DNA from: an uncultured Acidobacteriota bacterium
Lineage (GTDB): Bacteria; Acidobacteriota; Terriglobia; Terriglobales; Acidobacteriaceae
Reading direction: 5' to 3'
DNA length: 64,000 bases
Assembly (NCBI GenBank): GCA_963737175.1
Contig: CAVTRQ010000019.1
Coordinates: 52,521 to 116,520 of the forward strand
Shown here piece by piece: positions 27,313 to 36,297 of this stretch. Made by a program: the position numbers and the translations under genes. Numbering within the stretch: position 1 is the stretch's first letter; the number at the start of each line of letters is the position of its first letter. The notes below the pieces were generated by a model, which was given only the letters and a program-made list of their open reading frames with translations, was not told the DNA's origin and did no database searches.

Positions 27313-28691
27313 TCAGTAGGCATTCTGTGCAAAGAAACCGGAAAATATCGTCATCAGAATGATCTGCAGGTCAAATGCAAAGCTCCAGTTCTGGATGTAG
27401 TAGATATCCAGTTCGACCCGCTTGGCAATGTCGGTATCGCCACGCAATCCGTTCACCTGCGCCCAGCCCGTGATGCCCGACTTCAGATGATGCCGGGTGT
27501 TGTAGGCATCGATCTCGTCGTTGAATTTCTCCACAAAATGCGGGCGTTCCGGACGCGGTCCCACCACGCTCATCTCGCCCCGCAGCACATTGAAAAACTG
27601 CGGCAACTCGTCCAGGCAACTCGTGCGCAGAAATGATCCCACGGCCGTTCGCCGCGAATCCCCGGGAGTCGTCCAGCGCGTATCGCTCTCCTCCACCGGA
27701 GCCATCTTCATGGTGCGGAACTTCAGCATCTGGAAGTCCTGTCCATTAATGCCCACGCGCTCCTGCAAGAAGAACACGGGACCGGGCGATGACAGCTTCA
27801 CCGCAATCGCGATCAATATCATGGGAATGGCGGTAACCGTAAGCGCTAGCAACGAGAACACAACGTCGAAGCTTCGCTTTAGGATGACGTAACTGATCGT
27901 CTCCGAGGGGGCGATCTGCACGTCAAGCAAATTGGTGCCACCGATCCGGAAGAACCGGTCGCGCACCTTCAAGTCCTTGCCAAAATCCAAAATCAGGCGG
28001 ATCGGAATCGCAAGGTCACTCAATTGTTCGATCAACTCGGAAAGGATCGGCAGAATTTCCGGAGAGACCGCAATCACTATGTCATTGGCGAAGTGCTTGA
28101 TGTTCCGGCTCATCAACTGTTCCAGTTCAAACACCGGAACGCCAGCGGCCACTTGCACCGGCTGGCCAGGGATGCGGACAAACGCCACGGTTTCACACGG
28201 CGCCACAACACTTTTCTTGAGCTCTTCCGAAGTCTGCTGCGCAAATGCATCCGCGCCTACAATAATGATGCGGAGGCGCTCGCCTTGGCTGCTGGAACGG
28301 ATCACAATCTTCCGGAAGATTACGCTAGGAGCAAAACCCCGGCCAGCAGAATCAGCGCGCTGGTGCCAAGCAGCAGCCGCGAATAGGAAGCCCCACGATA
28401 GAAGAATAGCCCGGTAAAGCCCAGCATATACGTCCAGGCGAGTGCCTTCAGGCAATTCCGCACGCCGTTGGAGTCAAGAAATAGCGCTTCCACACTGGCA
28501 ACTTCGAAATGCTCCGAGCAAACGATCCACACCAGCGAAAGCGTCACGCACAGGTAGAGGTAATCCTGGGATAGCGGATGGATCAATTTGAGACTCCGCA
28601 GCCCAGTGCTCGCAATCAGAAAGGTTAAAGCGGGCAACAGGAAGCAGCAGAACCGAAAAAAGAACTGGTACAACCTAAGCCGACGAATCAT
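27313..28691 (-). pseudogene. Polyprenyl-phosphate glycosyl-1-phosphate transferase (WbaP/EpsB-type priming enzyme); frame broken once
   Basis: Catalytic C-terminus 'KRSFDVVFSLLALTVTAIPMILIAIAVKLSSPGPVFFLQERVGINGQDFQMLKFRTM' and 'DELPQFFNVLRGEMSVVGPRPE' (ORF 27313..28455). The N-terminal TM bundle sits in a different frame (28320..28691, start ATG 28691). Confidence 0.8.
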
Positions 28692-29154
28692 GCTTTCCCT
28701 CACCTTAAAATATGGGACACAAATATTATGTCGATCTGCAGCGCGACACACGAAGGTCAGCGCCGCCGAGTGGGATTACATGAACTTCAGATGCGAAAAG
28801 TTGTTTAAATTGCAGTCAAGCCGAAGATCCTGTATGCATAAAATCGTTTGAATAAAGAAACGAGCAGCTCTTATTTAAAATGTACTTCCCCCGTAAAACC
28901 GAGGAATTCATCCACTCTGATGATTATAGGATATCCCGGGCACAAATGGGCTTCTTCCACCGCTCAACTAGCAAGTTTTAAAAGCCTCACTCGCTCGAGC
29001 CACCGGAGCTCATTTTCTTGCCGCAGCAGTGTAGCACAAAGATGAGGGCATGGAGGAATAACTAATAAGTAACCATGGCCGCCCGCTGAACACGGGGTCA
29101 TCGCTGTTGCTCGCAATTCCTTCATCCTAAAGGGTCAATGCTGTCCAAGAACGA

Positions 29155-29181
29155 GCGATCGCCAGTTTTCTGACCGATCGC
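29155..29181 (-). terminator. Possible hairpin downstream of the collagen-like gene
   Basis: GCGATCG (29155-29161) pairs with CGATCGC (29175-29181). This is a 7-bp stem with a 13-nt loop and a weak T tract on the minus strand. Confidence 0.25.
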
Positions 29182-29249
29182 ACCTCACCCAACCGTTGAA
29201 TTTTTCAACATCCTCCGCTTTCATGGCGACCTCCGCCCGGCCCCAGAGG

Positions 29250-31022
29250 TCACGGAAGCTGCAATGGACCCGCCACCGACAGCGGATTTCCAGACGTCGT
29301 CCAGCCCAGCGTGGCCCCAGTAATGTTCACCAATGGCCATGCAATCGTGTTGCCCGTCGTCCCACCATAGTCCGCGGTGGGAGTGCAGTAAGAAACCCCG
29401 TCGGCAATGGTGGAAATTGTCGCCCATGCGACTTGGGACTCGACCGTTTTAGTCGAAACGTTCACCGCCGAGGCCGTCAGTCCGCCGGTCGATACCGGTA
29501 CCATCAGTGAATTCGCATGGGCGGAATACACCACGCTCTTGGTATAAGTACTGGGAAGATCCGGAGTGACGGCGCTGTCTCCGGGCTCCAAATATCCGGT
29601 ATCCAGATACGCAGTTCCAGTGCAATTCGTGCCGGACCAATCGATTGCATTGGTAACCGGGAACAGTCCAAGAATGCCCACGGTTACAAAATACCCCTTT
29701 GTATAAACCGTCACATCGGTTCCGTTTTTTCCACCCATTGAGATCAGCGACCCGAGCACGTTTCCATTGGCATCTCTCACCGTGCCCGCGCCTGCCGGTC
29801 CCTGGGGTCCGGTCGGTCCGGCTGCCCCCGTTGCTCCGGTTGGGCCAGCCGGACCCGCGGGACCCTGCGTTCCCACCGGTCCCGCTTGCGCGGCTTTCGT
29901 CTGGCTGCTGCCATCCGGAAAGATAAATCCGCCCGTGGTGCTGTGAACGGAACCGTTCACGGTCAACATCTGATCCGGCGCGGCCGTGCCGATGCCAACC
30001 AGGCCGGCGGCGGTGATGCGCAATCGCTCCATCTCGGTGTTGGTCGTCGTCGCCGTCGTTGCCAGACTGATGTAGGTGCCCTGCGCCGTGTCGCTCCAGT
30101 TCTCGGCGGCGAAGAGCTTCACGTACGCCCGGCTGGAGGTCGAGAATCCGCTTGTGCCATAGCCTCGGCCCTGCAGCGTCACCAGGTTGTCATTCAGCAA
30201 GACCCCCTTGGGTGCCGTAGGCGTGCCTTCGGCGCGGCGGCCTATGAAGTTGAGGCCCACGAATCCGTAGCCGTCAATGGTGACCGCCCCCGGATCGAGC
30301 GTCGAGACCACGTGCAGGTTGAAGCTGGGCGCGCTGGTGCCGATGCCGAGGTTCCAGACCGGGTTCGAGGCTGTGCCCACATTCATCTGGTTGAGCGCCG
30401 AGTTGCCCAGGTCGCCGCCGCCGTCGGTGAAGACGGGGAGATATCCCGTGCTGGCGCTCGTGGCTGAGATCGCGGTTGTCGTCGCGATATCGGTTGCTGC
30501 AGAGGTTACGGTTGCGGGGTTGACGTAAGCGACGGGCGCTGCGGCGGCTGTTACGTCGGCGCGGAGAAAGGCCGAGGCGGGCAGGCCGCCGAGGGTTTCC
30601 GCGTCCGAGGCCTTGATCGCATATGGTACGCTGACCAGCAGCACGCGCGGCTGCTCGGGCTGCTCCCCGGGCTGAACGCCCAGCCAGTGGGCTTCGCCGC
30701 TGCGGAAGAGATCGACTGGGATGCCGGTGCTACTACGCGCGCCGAGCAGCGAGGTGTAGTGTCCACTGGCATCGACGGTAACGTTCTGCACCTCCTGCCA
30801 GAGCGGAGCGCCGCCGGTCTGATCCCTATAAAGCGCGAAGATGACGCCGATGGTACCCGAAGGTGCTCCGGAGATCGTTCCGCTGAACTTTACCAATGGC
30901 GGAACGGAAACGCTCTGTTGCGCGGAAACGGAGGCTACCAGGATGGCGGCGCAGAACAGCACGGCAATGCGGCGGCGGAACTGAGAGATAAATGAGCAGA
31001 CAACCGCGTGCTGATGAGACAT
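29250..31022 (-). CDS. Secreted tail-fibre-like protein with a collagen-like G-X-Y tract
   Basis: Signal peptide 'IAVLFCAAILVASVSAQ'. Repeated 'LGIGTSAPSFNLHV' / 'LVGIGTAAPDQMLTV' motifs. A continuous triplet run 'GPVGTQGPAGPAGPTGATGAAGPTGPQGPAG' is followed by a ~190-aa C-terminal domain. Confidence 0.7.
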   Translation of the reverse strand: MSHQHAVVCSFISQFRRRIAVLFCAAILVASVSAQQSVSVPPLVKFSGTISGAPSGTIGVIFALYRDQTGGAPLWQEVQNVTVDASGHYTSLLGARSSTGIPVDLFRSGEAHWLGVQPGEQPEQPRVLLVSVPYAIKASDAETLGGLPASAFLRADVTAAAAPVAYVNPATVTSAATDIATTTAISATSASTGYLPVFTDGGGDLGNSALNQMNVGTASNPVWNLGIGTSAPSFNLHVVSTLDPGAVTIDGYGFVGLNFIGRRAEGTPTAPKGVLLNDNLVTLQGRGYGTSGFSTSSRAYVKLFAAENWSDTAQGTYISLATTATTTNTEMERLRITAAGLVGIGTAAPDQMLTVNGSVHSTTGGFIFPDGSSQTKAAQAGPVGTQGPAGPAGPTGATGAAGPTGPQGPAGAGTVRDANGNVLGSLISMGGKNGTDVTVYTKGYFVTVGILGLFPVTNAIDWSGTNCTGTAYLDTGYLEPGDSAVTPDLPSTYTKSVVYSAHANSLMVPVSTGGLTASAVNVSTKTVESQVAWATISTIADGVSYCTPTADYGGTTGNTIAWPLVNITGATLGWTTSGNPLSVAGPLQLP

Positions 31023-31248
31023 GAGTCCTCCATCACGGTTCGCTTGATGAATTCGAGAGTAGCTGGAAGTCTATCCGTGTGAAGCCTGAAGGGCAAGGAA
31101 AACCCATTCTCCTACCCTTGCGCCTTGCGGGAAGTGATAACGCATGGCTACCGGCCGCTTAGTCCTTACGTCACCGCGCAAGGGCCTTTCGATGCCGCTT
31201 AAGGCTGCTACAATCCTCAACCAGTGCTGTAAGAGGAAATGTCTACTC

Positions 31249-32625
31249 ATGTCCAACACTCTCCTGGTCACCTGCCCGTTTCCTCCTGGCGGTGGCGTCG
31301 AAGTTTCAAGAGCGTTGGGCTACGTAAGATATCTGCCGGCCCAAGGTTGCCGGCTGTCGGTTCTGACGGTGACTAAAACGGGGCTGCGCGACAACGACCC
31401 TGAGCTATGCAAGCTTGTCCCTGGCGATATTACCGTGCATCGCGCTCGGTGTCCGGAAGTGCCGATTTCTCTGCGCCACCGTGTGAAGAATCTGGCTGCG
31501 GAAGCTTCGCCGGATGCGAAGAGCCGTTCGTTCCGCTGGCTCGCGCAGCAGACTCTCTCCCTCTCACAGCGGATATTCTTTCCCGATCTGCAAACGACCT
31601 GGACAACGCTCGCATTCCGCATGGCATGCCGCATTGTGCAGACGGAGGCAATCGATACCGTCATTGTCAATGTTCCGCCCTTCTCCTCCCTGAAGATCGG
31701 GATTGCATTGAAACAACGCTTTCCGAACCTGACGCTGATCTCCGACTTCAGAGATGAGTGGCTGGAATACTCTCTGAAGTACTTCGACCACGCAAGCGAG
31801 GACAAGATTCGCCGGGCCCGGAAACTGGAAGCGGCTGCGGTCGACGCGTCTTCTTACGTCTCAATCTCGACTGGAAAATGGGCAGAGCAACTCCGGGAGC
31901 GTTACCCAGGCCAACTGGCGGGCAAGTTCATCTGTACTCCGAACGGCTACGACCCTGAGATGTTCCGCAACCTTTCTCCGCAGCCACGCCGTGATGGGAA
32001 GATGGTGGTTACGTACTTCGGAAAAGTCTGGAACAATCGTATCTACTCTCCCCAGAACTATCTCGAGGCCATCGAGAGCCTTCCCGATGAGATCTGCAGA
32101 CGGATCGAAACGCGATTCATTGGCCCGGTATTTCCCGATACGATGCCGCTGCTGTCGCGGAGGAAGGCCAACGTCCGCCTGCAGGGGTTCATGCCCAAAC
32201 TCGAAGGAATTCGCCGCCTGCAGGAATGTGACTTTGCGTTATTGATCGCCACGGATGCCGGGTCACACGCCGGCAAGTTGTTCGATTATCTGGGCTGCGG
32301 CAAGCCGATTCTCGCCCTGTCTCCTCCCATGGGCGAAATTGGCCAGCTCCTCAAACGGACACGCTCCGGGTGGTGCGCCGATCCCTGGGACAAGGCCGCG
32401 ATTCGCGAGATGATTCTCTCCGCGTATCGGCGGCTGACCCAAGGCGGGCCCATCATCCATCCGGACCGGGAAGCCGTCCGGGCGTATTCTTGGCCGGAGA
32501 TCCTGGCCCGCTTCGCGGTGGCCACCGGAATCGGCGACGCGCAGCCATCGAGAAGCATGGAAGTCTGCTCCGGCACTGATTACCCATCGGAACGATTGGC
32601 AAAGGCAGCATCGAATTGTGTATGA
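31249..32625 (+). CDS. GT-B fold glycosyltransferase (GT4-like)
   Basis: 'MSNTLLVTCPFPPGGGVEVSRALGYVRYL' at the N-terminus and a C-terminal 'GSHAGKLFDYLGCGKPILA'-type nucleotide-sugar binding region. The start is taken at ATG 31249 (AGAGGA upstream); the ORF track starts at 31144. Confidence 0.65.
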   Translation: MSNTLLVTCPFPPGGGVEVSRALGYVRYLPAQGCRLSVLTVTKTGLRDNDPELCKLVPGDITVHRARCPEVPISLRHRVKNLAAEASPDAKSRSFRWLAQQTLSLSQRIFFPDLQTTWTTLAFRMACRIVQTEAIDTVIVNVPPFSSLKIGIALKQRFPNLTLISDFRDEWLEYSLKYFDHASEDKIRRARKLEAAAVDASSYVSISTGKWAEQLRERYPGQLAGKFICTPNGYDPEMFRNLSPQPRRDGKMVVTYFGKVWNNRIYSPQNYLEAIESLPDEICRRIETRFIGPVFPDTMPLLSRRKANVRLQGFMPKLEGIRRLQECDFALLIATDAGSHAGKLFDYLGCGKPILALSPPMGEIGQLLKRTRSGWCADPWDKAAIREMILSAYRRLTQGGPIIHPDREAVRAYSWPEILARFAVATGIGDAQPSRSMEVCSGTDYPSERLAKAASNCV

Positions 32626-32693
32626 ATCGCAACCAATAAGGTGCGGCGCAAGCGCCGTCGATCGCGTAGGTGCCTACCTTCGAGAAAAAGTAC

Positions 32694-33590
32694 TCAGATG
32701 TGAACCGCGAGCACGGGAGCCGATCCTAACTGAATGACTCGCTGAGTTGTGGAGCCGAAGATCGCCTGGTGCAGCGAGCCACGGCCACGCATGCCCATGA
32801 TCACCAGGTCGGTCTGTGATTCAAGCGCGAACTGAGTGATCTCCTGGTATGGCTTGCCGCTCCGCACCATCACCTTGACGTCGCTCCCATTGCGCATTTC
32901 AGGCGTAACAGACCCTTCCAACTGCTTCCTCACCTCCGCAGCTACGCTTGGGAGGTCTCCCGATTTCGGAATCTCTTCCAGCACGTGCAGCAGCGTAAGT
33001 TCCGCACCGTATTCCCTGGCCATTGAGAACGCATACTTCGAAGCATGCTGGGCCGGGTCTGAAAAATCCGCACAAAAGAGCATTTTTTTTATGGGGACTA
33101 GCTCCGGGTCATGCACCGGGCCTGCGACATGATGCGCGGGCTTTCGTACGGTTAAGACCGGGCACCCTGCCCGTCGCAATACCTTCTGTGCCACCGATCC
33201 CAGCACCAGCCGGTCAAAGCCGCGTAACCCGTGAGTTCCCATCACGATCAGATTCACGGTTTGCGCTTCGGCAAGAGAGAGGATGGAATCCGTCACCGAG
33301 CTCTCGTGCGCGGCCTCTTGCACATAGCATTGCTGCCGGATCGTAGTCCTGGTGTGGCGATTCGCAAATTCCTGAAGCTGCCGCTCGGTGTTGGCACGTT
33401 CTTTCCGCAGGCTCTCTTCATAGGAGTCTGGATAAGCGCTCCAAAACTCAGGCGGTTTCAGAGCGTGCAGGACGTACTGTAAGAGCAATGTTGCCTTGTA
33501 ATGCCATGCAATCGATTGCGCGTATTCGTAGGCATAGATCGAAAACTCTGAAAAATCGACGGGGCAAAGAATTGACTTGATTTGCGGCAT
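32694..33590 (-). CDS. Tandem universal stress protein (two UspA domains)
   Basis: Two repeats of the Usp pattern: 'ILCPVDFSEFS...LIVMGTHGLRGFDRLVLGSVAQKVLRRAGCPVLTV' and 'MLFCADFSDPA...LVIMGMRGRGSLHQAIFGSTTQRVIQLGSAPVLAV'. Confidence 0.85.
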   Translation of the reverse strand: MPQIKSILCPVDFSEFSIYAYEYAQSIAWHYKATLLLQYVLHALKPPEFWSAYPDSYEESLRKERANTERQLQEFANRHTRTTIRQQCYVQEAAHESSVTDSILSLAEAQTVNLIVMGTHGLRGFDRLVLGSVAQKVLRRAGCPVLTVRKPAHHVAGPVHDPELVPIKKMLFCADFSDPAQHASKYAFSMAREYGAELTLLHVLEEIPKSGDLPSVAAEVRKQLEGSVTPEMRNGSDVKVMVRSGKPYQEITQFALESQTDLVIMGMRGRGSLHQAIFGSTTQRVIQLGSAPVLAVHI

Positions 33591-33707
33591 GGATCGCCCC
33601 CACGTTGATGTCGGCGGATTCTGTCGATCCGGCAGAATCCGGGCATGTAAGTTGATGATCGCATTCCCGCACAGGTTGCCATCGGCGCTCGGTGTTATAG
33701 CTGATCG

Positions 33708-36122
33708 TTATGGCTGATCCGGCAGGACCGGAAGCACCGCAATGTTGACCGCCGTGGGATCATCTCGAAGCTTGATGTACAGAACCGTTCCATTCGGGCG
33801 CGGCACCGCCAGGCTGGTGTCTCCGAATCCCGAAGGCACAGACACCGCGTGGGTGAACTCCTGATCCGAGGCAATGGAATCGATCAAATACAACAGATCA
33901 CCGCTTAGCTCGCACTGTTTCTCGGGATCGTCCGGACAGCGCACCTCTTTGAGATGTGGCGTTCGGACAAGATGGGCGAGCGGCTGCCACTCTCCCACCG
34001 TACCGTCGGCAGCCAGCGGCCTGAACTGAAGCGATCCAAAGGCAGATTCGCCGAAGCTCTTCAGCGGATCAAGCACCGCTACCGCCGTCTGCGAATCCTG
34101 CAATGAAAGATTCTTATCGGCCAGACTCAGCACGATGTGGAAGAAGCCGTCGGCGCTGGCAACCTCAATTTTCTCGTCATGGGGAAATTTCGCGGGTACC
34201 TCGGATCTCACGAAGAAAGATACTCGGCCATCCACGGGCACGTCGTCCGGGCTACCCAGACGAATCGCGGACCGCGCCGCCTGAATGCGCTTGCTCAGGA
34301 GCGTGAGCTTGGGGCGCTCTGGCTTAACCGTAGTCTGGACGTTCAGCACACGTCCATCTTTCAGATTCACCTGGGTTGTGAGTTTCTGCTCCGGCTGAAA
34401 ATCCGGCGCCGGCGCATTCTCCGCCAAGAGGCTCAACTCATCCAGCTTTTCGGCGCGGCTCAAACGGGCAGGCAAAAAGTGCGTGCCATTCAGATCCAGG
34501 CTCGCAACCAGGTCGAGCCGGGCGCCTTTCAGCACTCCGGCCTGGTCACCGGCATGAATGATGAATTGGTCGACACGGCCTGCCTCGGCGTAGGTGTGCA
34601 GAGTCACCTCGATCGGCTTCGCCGACGCAAACTGTTTGATCGCCAGCGTCGCGGTGCCGGGCTCGGCACCTGCCAGCGACACCTTCACTTCGATGTCGCC
34701 GGGCGCAACGATCTTCCAGCTGGTCTTGGCGGGTTTGTCCTGTTGACTCTTGACGCTGATATCCTGAACGCAGGCGGCAAGCTCGGAATGCAGGTGGAAG
34801 GTGTCTTCGCGGCCAACCACCAACGCGCTCTCGTCCTCGGGAGAAAGCCCCCATTGAGCGGTTGCAGGAGCGCTTCTCAACTGGAAGGTTGGCCCTTCGA
34901 AGTTTGCATATCCCCAGCTTCCGCGTAGCGTGCCACTTGTGTCCCGGCCCAACTCCTCCAAGTTTGGCCCCCTCCCCTCCACTACAAATCCTCCGCGTGA
35001 CGCATCTGGCTTTACGGGCAGGTCCACGCTCTTGCCATCCTTGTTCTGAACGTGGAGCGTGAAGCCGTGCGCAATCTCAGTCGCAAAGACCAGTGGGGCG
35101 CCATCCGCCGCCAAGGCGAGCGATGGATTCTGCGTGCAGTACACCTGCTTCGGATCAACCTGGATCAGAACTGGCGGGGAGACAGCTTTCACGGGAGGCA
35201 AGGCCACGACCAGCACAGATTGTGGCTTGTGAAACGATGGAGCATTGTTGAGCTTCAGATTCAGTTGCTCATTCTGTGGCAGCGCGAGTGCCGGAATGTA
35301 TTGATACTGAGCGGTATGGAGGCTTTCCATCACTCTTGCCATATCGACCACCACGCCGATATAGGGACTGTAGGCGCCGCCGCCCTGCCTGGTGGCGCTC
35401 ACCGCTCCCAGCAGATCAACCTCGGGTCCTGCGGCCAACACCGCCAGCATGGATTGTCCATGCCCGTCGTCCAGAACCATTTGATCCGAGTTCTGCATCA
35501 GGCAGGGCGCCTGCAACTCGAGCGGCCGATCAAAACATTTTTCATCAACTTTGATCTTCAAACTTCGCGCCAGCAACAGGGAGAGCTCATGCAGGGCTTG
35601 TGGATCTTTCGCCGAAGCATCGCCAATCGCATTCAGGTACTTCTCAACCCGCAAACGGCTCTGACTTGCTAGGTTTAAGTCCTGAGTGGCTCGCACAAAG
35701 GCTCCCGGCTTTCCCTGAACTGCCGAGCGCAGCGTGCTGAAGTCGCCTCCCGTCTGTGGAGCAAGGAAGAACAGAGCCTGTTGCGCGTCGTTGGGAACGG
35801 TAACAACGATGCCTTTTTCGCGTACCTGCCGCGTCCACGTCTCGGCTTTCATAAACCAATTGTCCGGAGGTGGATTGGTGGCTCCTTGGAGAAATGCGAC
35901 CGCCAGCACGTAATGCACAGACTCGTTCTCGGGAAAGGCCGGGTGAATCCAGAGCTTGTCGCCGGCTTGCAGATTGGGCACCTCAGAGATCGGCAGAGTC
36001 ATGCCCGCTCGCGTTACCTTCACCTCCATCCGAGGTCCGGAAAGATCAAACGAGCTATCGGCGCTGGCAAAACAACACGTAACGAGAAAAAAACAAAGTA
36101 CCAGGCAATGAATTCGTGACAC
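33708..36122 (-). CDS. Large secreted protein of unknown function (~804 aa)
   Basis: Long uninterrupted ORF. I place the start at GTG 36122, giving the signal-like 'VSRIHCLVLCFFLVTCCFASA'. The ORF-track extension to 36623 overlaps the helicase gene. I recognise no domain. Confidence 0.55.
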   Translation of the reverse strand: MSRIHCLVLCFFLVTCCFASADSSFDLSGPRMEVKVTRAGMTLPISEVPNLQAGDKLWIHPAFPENESVHYVLAVAFLQGATNPPPDNWFMKAETWTRQVREKGIVVTVPNDAQQALFFLAPQTGGDFSTLRSAVQGKPGAFVRATQDLNLASQSRLRVEKYLNAIGDASAKDPQALHELSLLLARSLKIKVDEKCFDRPLELQAPCLMQNSDQMVLDDGHGQSMLAVLAAGPEVDLLGAVSATRQGGGAYSPYIGVVVDMARVMESLHTAQYQYIPALALPQNEQLNLKLNNAPSFHKPQSVLVVALPPVKAVSPPVLIQVDPKQVYCTQNPSLALAADGAPLVFATEIAHGFTLHVQNKDGKSVDLPVKPDASRGGFVVEGRGPNLEELGRDTSGTLRGSWGYANFEGPTFQLRSAPATAQWGLSPEDESALVVGREDTFHLHSELAACVQDISVKSQQDKPAKTSWKIVAPGDIEVKVSLAGAEPGTATLAIKQFASAKPIEVTLHTYAEAGRVDQFIIHAGDQAGVLKGARLDLVASLDLNGTHFLPARLSRAEKLDELSLLAENAPAPDFQPEQKLTTQVNLKDGRVLNVQTTVKPERPKLTLLSKRIQAARSAIRLGSPDDVPVDGRVSFFVRSEVPAKFPHDEKIEVASADGFFHIVLSLADKNLSLQDSQTAVAVLDPLKSFGESAFGSLQFRPLAADGTVGEWQPLAHLVRTPHLKEVRCPDDPEKQCELSGDLLYLIDSIASDQEFTHAVSVPSGFGDTSLAVPRPNGTVLYIKLRDDPTAVNIAVLPVLPDQP

Positions 36123-36297
36123 CAAATGCTGTACCCCTCTGTGACTAATACAACCATACCGAAGGTTCCGCCCACGACTTCTTATTCTAGTTTCATGAAA
36201 ACCCTGTTCTTGCAATTCAATAATGTTTGCCCTGCCGAAGTCCGCCCCTCTTAAGTCGATGAAAAGAAAATACGCCGCCGTGGAACCACTCTGTGCA

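Noticed and set aside
27925-27945. Sigma-54-like TGGCAC-CAAT-TTGC on the minus strand.
   Set aside because: The spacing is one nucleotide short, and the site lies inside the coding region of the priming transferase.
32626-32693. Possible bidirectional terminator between the convergent glycosyltransferase and Usp genes (GGCGC-AA-GCGCC).
   Set aside because: The loop is too small, the stem is only 5-6 bp, and there is no T tract on either strand.
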